Part shown: piece after piece, positions 57,610 to 64,000 of the stretch
How the letters are laid out: each line of letters begins with the position of its first letter
Numbering within the stretch: position 1 is the first letter of the stretch
Virus record (IMG/VR): IMGVR_UViG_3300029319_000016
Coordinates: 24,051 to 88,050 of that record
Length of the DNA: 64,000 nt
From: a virus
Strand: one strand, 5' to 3'
Notes under the pieces: generated by a model
Database searches by the model: none
What the model saw: the letters and a program-made list of their open reading frames with translations, nothing else
What the model was told of the DNA's origin: nothing
Translations under genes and position numbers: made by a program

Positions 57610-58841
57610 TCAAACTCCATAACCACTTCTTCTTCAGGTTCCAAAATAGATGAATCAAATCCCAATACTTCGTCAACAAATAATTTATGTAATTTTTCAT
57701 CAGAAAACTTATCAAGTACTAAGGTTTGTAATTCTTTAGCTTGTTTTTTAGCTTTATCTAGATCTTTCATTACCTTTCTAAGTGTCATTTTGTATGAACC
57801 TTGATCAGCAAATGCCCACATTGAATTAGGTTCTATAACACCTTTCCATACAGCTTGTTCTTGTACAGGTCTAAGTGAAAACTCTACTGAATTGAAATAG
57901 TTCTTGCCATTGTGTTGTAAAATGTCTAATTGTCCTGACCATCCACAAGTTATGACGGGTAATCCTTCTCGGGCTGCTTCATAAATTGGCAATCCAAAAC
58001 CTTCTCCATGAGCAATGTTCACAAAAGCACTAATTTTTGGATTTGAATATAAAGAAGTCATTTGTCCAGCTGATAAATCTCCATGAAGTAAATAAACTTT
58101 ACATTTGCGGTTTTCATAACGACCAAGAATGGACTTGAGGTGCTTTTCAACATGAGTAAAATCACCAATAGAATTGCCTTTAAAATTAGTTTTAACTACT
58201 AAGCCAATTTCTTGATCTATAAATTCTTCGACAAACCAGCAAATAGTATTTTCAAAGTTTTTTCGAGGACCAAGTTGAGAAACTATAAGGAGGTTTTTAT
58301 CAAATTCTAGTTCTAAGCCAGGAATTGTCTCTGGTTCTTCTCGAATTGTATTTTCCCATACGACACTAATAGGAGAGGTACATTTATAAGGAACTACTTC
58401 TCCTGTTTGGTTATTCTTAGCTTGAGCTATTGTATCTACAATTGATGTTTTAGCATGATTAGACACAACCAATACTTTGTCCATTTCATTACACTTTTGT
58501 AACCACTGAGGTGCACATCTTGTTGTTTCAATTCCTGCTGTGTAACCTATATTTATGGGGCACATTTTTTCAAATTCATTTGGTATCGTTATCTGTATTG
58601 ACATGTCGGGTTGCATTTGCTTCTGCTGAAGTAAAATTTGTGTTTGCAAAATTCTTTCATCCATCCATTGTCTAAATTCATCGTCCTTCCATGTCCATCC
58701 AGTCTTACCCCATGGAATTGCAAGAATGTAGATTTCAAACAAGTCCTCTCTGGAACGTAAAGCTCTTAAGGCAAAACGAGATTGCTCTCCATAACCTGAT
58801 TGTGATAAAACAGGTCCTTTGACAAATATCTTTTTTTTCAT
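57606..58841 (-). CDS. Glycosyltransferase family 4-like (GT-B)
   Basis: SGYG, RKN, GEGFGLPIYEAAREGLPVI. Confidence 0.88.
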   Translation of the reverse strand: MKKKIFVKGPVLSQSGYGEQSRFALRALRSREDLFEIYILAIPWGKTGWTWKDDEFRQWMDERILQTQILLQQKQMQPDMSIQITIPNEFEKMCPINIGYTAGIETTRCAPQWLQKCNEMDKVLVVSNHAKTSIVDTIAQAKNNQTGEVVPYKCTSPISVVWENTIREEPETIPGLELEFDKNLLIVSQLGPRKNFENTICWFVEEFIDQEIGLVVKTNFKGNSIGDFTHVEKHLKSILGRYENRKCKVYLLHGDLSAGQMTSLYSNPKISAFVNIAHGEGFGLPIYEAAREGLPVITCGWSGQLDILQHNGKNYFNSVEFSLRPVQEQAVWKGVIEPNSMWAFADQGSYKMTLRKVMKDLDKAKKQAKELQTLVLDKFSDEKLHKLFVDEVLGFDSSILEPEEEVVMEFE

Positions 58842-60085
58842 TATGCTACCTCCTTGAATCTAATTCCATTGTAGTTACCTCTCTCTCCAATAACTTTATC
58901 AATAATTTCAACCCATTTTTCTTGCAAATTATTAAAGTTATAGTTTTCTTCTATATGTTCTCTTCCAAGAATTCCTATTCTTTTTCTTTCTTTTTTACCC
59001 ATTTTATAAATTTTTGTTAAAGCCGAATGAAATTGTGCTTTATCTATTCTATCTTCATAAATGTAGGGAACTTGTTGCGAACCAATAACCGATTTTGATC
59101 TTGGAAAAAGAGGAATTCCAAATTCTTCATCTCCATTTGTTACTTGTTCTTGTAAACCACCAGTCATGGTTACAATTATAGGGGTTCCACAAGAAAGAGA
59201 CTCTAAAGTTGCAAGACCAAAACCTTCTGCATCGCTTATGTTAATTGTACAATCAACCATGTTATAAAGTTGAGCTAAGTTTTCTGTTGGCATTTTTTGC
59301 GTTGATAACATTATTTGTCTATTATGCAATCCTAAGTGATTAATAATATGCTCTAAGTCTTGTCCATGAGGATCTCTAGGTTCTGTGTGCATTATTAAAC
59401 AAGCCTTATCATGAAGGTCATTGTTATCTAGCCATTCCTTGAACCACCAAACAAGAGTACCAGATTGTTTTCTTCTTGCATTTCTATTATTCCAGAAGAA
59501 AATGACCTTTGACCTGTCTTCTTCTTGAAGAGAGGTATTTCTTATCTCTTCAATTTGAGTATCGGTCAAAGGTCTAAAGATCATGGGATCAACTGAGTGT
59601 GGCAAATATGTACATGCCACTTCTGGTGCTACTTCTTTAACAATCTCGTGAGTAACTTTAGAGATAGTGACAACGTGATCATTAGACAAATAAAAGTCAC
59701 GATTAAAATAAGGTGCAGGGAAGTTATCCCAAACGTGATGGTACACCATCGGACAAAGTGGTCTAATTTCATTTTCTATATCCCATAGCCAACCCCAAAA
59801 TCTAGGATCAGTCATAAACCAAAGAAGGTCTATTTTTTCTGTTCTTATTATTGAACGGATCATTTCTTGTGTTCCGTATCCATCTACTGGTATAACTTTC
59901 CAATCTTCTCCGTAAGGATCTACTTGAACTTGGTTATAACTGTTATGTTTTATTGCACCACCCAATGATATAATAGAATACCTTCCGGTTTTAAGAAGAG
60001 ACTCGCAGAAATACTTCGTTTGAGTTCCAACGCCGGAAGGTGATAGAGGGTGGTCGGAAAGTGTTAAAATTTTTATTTTTGACAA
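58841..60085 (-). CDS. Glycosyltransferase family 4-like (GT-B)
   Basis: SGVG, NRNARRK, AEGFGLATLESLSCGTPII..TGGLQEQV. TTG start with a GAGGTG RBS. Confidence 0.9.
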   Translation of the reverse strand: MSKIKILTLSDHPLSPSGVGTQTKYFCESLLKTGRYSIISLGGAIKHNSYNQVQVDPYGEDWKVIPVDGYGTQEMIRSIIRTEKIDLLWFMTDPRFWGWLWDIENEIRPLCPMVYHHVWDNFPAPYFNRDFYLSNDHVVTISKVTHEIVKEVAPEVACTYLPHSVDPMIFRPLTDTQIEEIRNTSLQEEDRSKVIFFWNNRNARRKQSGTLVWWFKEWLDNNDLHDKACLIMHTEPRDPHGQDLEHIINHLGLHNRQIMLSTQKMPTENLAQLYNMVDCTINISDAEGFGLATLESLSCGTPIIVTMTGGLQEQVTNGDEEFGIPLFPRSKSVIGSQQVPYIYEDRIDKAQFHSALTKIYKMGKKERKRIGILGREHIEENYNFNNLQEKWVEIIDKVIGERGNYNGIRFKEVA

Positions 60086-60107
60086 AGGTCACCTCTTTTT
60101 TATTACT

Positions 60108-60136
60108 ATTATAACACGTTAGTTTTACTTTGTCAA
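60108..60136 (-). promoter_or_regulatory. Sigma70-type promoter of the glycosylation/sigma operon, with A-tract UP element
   Basis: TTGACA-17 bp-TATAAT with extended TG. A-rich tract at 60138..60161 upstream. Confidence 0.88.
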
Positions 60137-60161
60137 GTTTTTTTTTATTTTTTTTTATTTT

Positions 60162-60935
60162 TTATCTTGGACAGTGTTCTGTATTGTTGAATTCACAATA
60201 AGAACAAGACCCTCTATTTTTAAAATGAGCTTTGTTAAAGATTGACTTTATTGCTTTTACTAAAAGATCAGTTGCATTTTGAACTTTGCGAGGTCCTGAA
60301 GTAACACGAAAGATTTCAACGTTGTCTTTCTTTGCTGTTCTTTTTAAAAGAGCAAAGTGTGTTTCTACCATCTTTGGGTCTATATTATGCTTAAGACAAA
60401 AGAATTTTTTATAAAGAGTTAATTGATATGTTACATACTTGTCAGAACGTTTTTTTGCATCCCAACCCCAAGAACATGTTTTCCAATCAATAACATGATA
60501 CTTCCCGTCATCTGTTTTAAGAACCAAATCAATAAAACCTTTGAATTTGCATCCTTCGAGTTCAGGAATGTCAAGATATAGCTTTTCTTCAACAGAAAAA
60601 ACTTCATAATTATCAAACTTTTTTATTACCTGTGGGATGATTTGTGGAGCAATTTTTTTTGCTTGATTGGACATAATGTCTACAATGTTTTGCTCTAGAT
60701 CAACATTCTTTTTTAACAGATCCATGATTTCTTTTTCAAAGGCTAAATCCCAAAAATCATCATAATCTTCTTCTTGAATTTTATCTTCTATGGCGTGTTC
60801 ACACAAGAGATGTAAGGCTCTTCCAAAAGCTGTATATTCGTTACCAACAAATTTATTAACTTTGTCGATGTAAATAAGTTTGTGTTTCCACGCGCACTCA
60901 GCCCATGTTTTAAGTTCAGAATAAGAAATATGCAT
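60162..60935 (-). CDS. PD-(D/E)XK nuclease, Cas4/AddB-like with Fe-S staple
   Basis: ISYS...C, FG..LH, VE, GFIDL, IDWKT, QL.LY, CSYCEF....C. Confidence 0.85.
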   Translation of the reverse strand: MHISYSELKTWAECAWKHKLIYIDKVNKFVGNEYTAFGRALHLLCEHAIEDKIQEEDYDDFWDLAFEKEIMDLLKKNVDLEQNIVDIMSNQAKKIAPQIIPQVIKKFDNYEVFSVEEKLYLDIPELEGCKFKGFIDLVLKTDDGKYHVIDWKTCSWGWDAKKRSDKYVTYQLTLYKKFFCLKHNIDPKMVETHFALLKRTAKKDNVEIFRVTSGPRKVQNATDLLVKAIKSIFNKAHFKNRGSCSYCEFNNTEHCPR

Positions 60936-61606
60936 TAGTCCTCCAAGTCATTTAATTGCATTAACTTGGAGAATAAAATAGGTGATGTTGATTTAAGATC
61001 TTCTTTTTTACCCATGTAAAATTGTTCAAACCCTTTTGCCCAATATTCTCTTAAAGAAGTAATAGCATAGGGAGAGGGAAAAATTCCAGGAACTAATTGC
61101 CAAAGAACATTGTAAGTAACTTTTTCATAAAGATAATCATCAATGTTTTTATCATAATCTGGATTATAGACAAACCCTGTTGGAATTCCGTAACCTTTGT
61201 CTTTTAAAATAAAAGCTATTTTCTTTCTTCTCTCTAAAAACTCTTGTTCTAGTTTTCCATCTTCATAGATTATCTGTTCATATTGTTTTTCGTTTGAATG
61301 AGCAACTTCATGAATCAAATCGTCAATCATATCCATCTCAGAATCTTGATCATTTGTAATGTAAATTGCTCCATTTTGCCACAAAGCGTTTACATCGCGA
61401 TCAACAAGATCTTGAAAATGTCCAACATAAATTATATCAATGTTGGACAAAACATGGTTAGGTAGTCTTTTTGCTGCGTATCTAATAACGAAATCAACAT
61501 CAATGTGATCAGGTAAACGATCTTTAATAAAAATGTTAACGTCACGTAGCATGTAATGATCCTTTAATTTTTTTGATTTCTTAATGGATTCTTCTAACCA
61601 GTTCAT
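60935..61606 (-). CDS. Putative zincin metallopeptidase (HExxH)
   Basis: LIHEVAHS and downstream SPYA..SLREYWA.GFE (third ligand; lethal-factor-like spacing). Confidence 0.65.
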   Translation of the reverse strand: MNWLEESIKKSKKLKDHYMLRDVNIFIKDRLPDHIDVDFVIRYAAKRLPNHVLSNIDIIYVGHFQDLVDRDVNALWQNGAIYITNDQDSEMDMIDDLIHEVAHSNEKQYEQIIYEDGKLEQEFLERRKKIAFILKDKGYGIPTGFVYNPDYDKNIDDYLYEKVTYNVLWQLVPGIFPSPYAITSLREYWAKGFEQFYMGKKEDLKSTSPILFSKLMQLNDLED

Positions 61607-61629
61607 TTATTCTCCAAAGTAGTATTATA

Positions 61630-61658
61630 ATTATAACACGGTAGAAGAATTTTGTCAA
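61630..61658 (-). promoter_or_regulatory. Sigma70-type early promoter
   Basis: TTGACA-17 bp-TATAAT with extended TG; GGAG RBS downstream. Confidence 0.87.
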
Positions 61659-61685
61659 GGTTTAAATAGAATCTTTTTTATCAAA

Positions 61686-63023
61686 CTAAAGAATTTTTGA
61701 AGAAATTGTTGCTAGTCTCGAACGTTCGCCTTTTAAGAAAGTTATATGTCCTGAAATATCATGAGATTTGAATTTTTCAACAGCATAAGTAAGTCCGTTT
61801 GATGTTTCATTCGTGTAAATGTTATCAATTTGTTCTATGTCTCCTGTGAGTACAATTTTAGTGTTTTCTCCAACACGCGTAAGTATTGTTTTTACCTCAT
61901 GAGCTGTTAAATTTTGAGCTTCATCAATAACAATAAAGGCGTTATTTATTGAACGACCTCGAATGTAAGTAAGAGCTTCAATTTGTATCTTGCCTCTTTC
62001 GACATATTCAGCTAAATACACGTTATCTTTGCCTAAGATGGTTTCCATGTTATCTTGAATTGGCATTAACCAAGGCATCATCTTGTCATGCATTGTTCCC
62101 GGCAGAAACCCAATGTCTTTTCCAAGAGGTTGAACTGGGCGAGACACAACAATCTTTCGATACTTATTATTTTTAGGACTTAGGGAAAGAGTTTGTTCCA
62201 TTCCAGCAGCAATTGCCATAAGTGTTTTTCCAGACCCAGCTTTACCTATGAGGGAAACAAACTTAATTGATTCATCAAACAAAAGATCATACGAGAATTT
62301 TTGCTCTTTATTTCTTGGATAAATACCCATTGTTAGATTTTTATAATCATCTCGTATTTTCTCAATTGGCTTTTCATTAAGTACAAAACGAGCCAATGCA
62401 GATTTTTTTGGATTTGATGAGGAAATAAGAATTATAAATTGATTTGGATATAATTTTATCTTTCTTTCTTTTTGAAACAATTCATCAAAATATACTTCTT
62501 CTTCATTGTAAAACTGTTCTATCAATTCATCATCAACAACAATCTCAATAAACCCTGTATAGATTTTTTCAACATCTTCAATAACTTTTTCGGTTTCATA
62601 ATCTTCAGATAAGAGACCGCATGCATTTGCAACAACTCTCATGTTTATGTCTCTTGACAAAACAATCGTTTTTCTTCGTTGATTTGATTCATGAACAGCA
62701 AGAGCAACACCAAGGATTTGATGGTCAGGAACACGCATTGATAAAGAGCCAGGAAGGGCCTTAGAAGCCTCTTCAACCTTGAGGATACCCATTCCCTTGC
62801 CTAATCGAACTCCTTTGCTTAAAGAGCCTTTTTCGCGCAATTCATCGAGAAGTTTTATTGTATGCCTTGCATGAAATCCAACGGAGTCTTGACGTTTTTT
62901 GTGTTTATCAATTTCTTCTAAAACTTTATGGGCAATAAATAAATCATTGTTGCCGAACTTGAACAAACAGGAGCTGTCTGTTAGGAAGACCGATGTATCG
63001 ATCACATAGTTCTTTTTCGCCAT
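61686..63023 (-). CDS. phoH: PhoH-family ATPase with N-terminal PIN domain (PhoH2/YlaK-like)
   Basis: PIN: VIDTSV, LEEID, DHQIL, SRDINMR. PhoH: GKAGSGKT, GFLPG, RGRS, DEAQN, GD..QID. Confidence 0.93.
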   Translation of the reverse strand: MAKKNYVIDTSVFLTDSSCLFKFGNNDLFIAHKVLEEIDKHKKRQDSVGFHARHTIKLLDELREKGSLSKGVRLGKGMGILKVEEASKALPGSLSMRVPDHQILGVALAVHESNQRRKTIVLSRDINMRVVANACGLLSEDYETEKVIEDVEKIYTGFIEIVVDDELIEQFYNEEEVYFDELFQKERKIKLYPNQFIILISSSNPKKSALARFVLNEKPIEKIRDDYKNLTMGIYPRNKEQKFSYDLLFDESIKFVSLIGKAGSGKTLMAIAAGMEQTLSLSPKNNKYRKIVVSRPVQPLGKDIGFLPGTMHDKMMPWLMPIQDNMETILGKDNVYLAEYVERGKIQIEALTYIRGRSINNAFIVIDEAQNLTAHEVKTILTRVGENTKIVLTGDIEQIDNIYTNETSNGLTYAVEKFKSHDISGHITFLKGERSRLATISSKIL

Positions 63024-64000
63024 TGTTGCTTCCTTTGGTTTATAAACCGTTCAATTATGACTTCTAATTTTGTTTCAACTTGCTCTTCTAATCTCGTTCT
63101 ACGGGTAAATAATTCTTTGGCTTTATCCCAAAGTCCTTCAGGGGCTACTCTTAATTTAGTTTCAAGACTGTTCAAAACTTTAGAGTAATCCTCTTCCTTT
63201 TTAGAGCGTTTAAATTTATAATAATCACCTTTTTTTGTTGTTGCTGAAAGTGTAATTTTATTATTCTGTTTTTTTACTTGCAAAGTTAGTTGTTTTGTCG
63301 TTGTCTGGCCATCCCAAAGAGATTTGCCATCTGTGAATGAGAAGAAAACCTTATTTTCATCTTCTTCCTCAGAAAAATAAATTTCATACAAAAGAGATTT
63401 GTTATGAGTAATCATGACCTTAGATTCCTCTGGAAATCGAATGCGTCTATAACTGGCATTAGGTAGACCTTCTAGATCTGGTTGTATTTCGTTTAATTCT
63501 GTTGAGAGGGTATTCCAAGCTTTGGCTAGTTTTTCTTTTTGGTTGTTTGATTTTTGATCAAAGCTTATAGCCCTCAGAAATTTCTTTATTGAAGATAGGA
63601 TCTTTGCTGAATTAGACATTAGTTCTTGGTTTCCTTGATCTTCTTCATTGGAACTTTCATCAACGTATTCAAAATATTCACTAAATGCATCCCCTTCATA
63701 CCTCATCATAATATTTTTTAAGCTTTCATATTCTTTAAACCTGAATCTTCTTGCTTCATCACTATCTATAATTTTCGATACAGTTACTATTTCTCCTTTT
63801 TTTATCGATGATTGTTCTTCAGCTCCTCTTTTTTGAATAGGAAGATCTTTTATAATTTTAAGTTTATCGCCTACTTCTAAATCTGAAAGTTGTTTTTTGG
63901 GTGTTTTTAATGGAAAATGTTCATTAAATTTGTTTGCGTCTTTTTCATAAAGTTTTTTTAGAATTTCTAGTATTTTTTGTTCTTGTTCATCAAGTGATAA
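63002..64000 (-). CDS. Partial hypothetical protein (start lies beyond the window)
   Basis: By hand translation, the frame of ORF 63002..63709 stays open from 63709 to 64000. Confidence 0.7.
   Translation of the reverse strand, partial: LSLDEQEQKILEILKKLYEKDANKFNEHFPLKTPKKQLSDLEVGDKLKIIKDLPIQKRGAEEQSSIKKGEIVTVSKIIDSDEARRFRFKEYESLKNIMMRYEGDAFSEYFEYVDESSNEEDQGNQELMSNSAKILSSIKKFLRAISFDQKSNNQKEKLAKAWNTLSTELNEIQPDLEGLPNASYRRIRFPEESKVMITHNKSLLYEIYFSEEEDENKVFFSFTDGKSLWDGQTTTKQLTLQVKKQNNKITLSATTKKGDYYKFKRSKKEEDYSKVLNSLETKLRVAPEGLWDKAKELFTRRTRLEEQVETKLEVIIERFINQRKQQWRKRTM

Noticed and set aside
48494-60085. Bacterial O-antigen/capsule locus (host contamination)
   Set aside because: No flippase, polymerase or export genes. 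Contiguous with the phage sigma and tail genes, with the same strand, composition and promoter style.
60138-60164. Poly-T tract as a terminator
   Set aside because: No preceding stem. On the coding strand it is an A-tract immediately upstream of a -35, better read as an UP element.
692-63836. Numerous 60-150 aa plus-strand ORFs and short alternative-frame minus ORFs
   Set aside because: All lie within longer minus-strand genes, lack RBS or motifs, and have antisense-shadow composition.
1-64000. Stop-codon recoding, introns/inteins, tRNAs
   Set aside because: TAA, TAG and TGA all end genes and very long ORFs are intact in the standard code. No intein or intron signature was noticed, and intergenic gaps are too short for tRNAs.

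Overview
AT-rich, gene-dense 64-kb segment of a large tailed (myovirus-like, probably jumbo) phage genome. Every credible gene is on the minus strand in the standard code. In transcription order (right to left): (1) PIN-PhoH, a HExxH metalloprotease and a Cas4/AddB-like nuclease. (2) A 13-gene glycosylation cluster that runs without a break into a T4 gp55-like late sigma factor. (3) A ~39-kb tail/baseplate block: M15 peptidase spike partner, HxH spike, 2859-aa protein, gp25, gp6, DNRLRE-like, two giant LamG proteins and tail-collar-like paralogs. (4) DNA-metabolism genes (RuvC-like resolvase, primase, Mre11-Rad50 fusion) interleaved with small late-promoter cassettes. (5) A holin/spanin-like pair. 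Two promoter classes are readable: five near-perfect sigma70 promoters and a CTA(T/A/G)TTA(T/G) putative late motif. The two best leads for new biology are inferences. The first is a strong [S/T]-[G/A]-S tripeptide enrichment confined to a subset of tail proteins next to the phage's own glycosyltransferase operon, a candidate virion glycosylation sequon system. The second is a family of late cassettes sharing E-terminated N-terminal leaders fused to unrelated cargo (GNAT, BECR-RNase-like), a candidate capsid-targeted effector system. All product calls come from motif recognition by eye; no searches were run.
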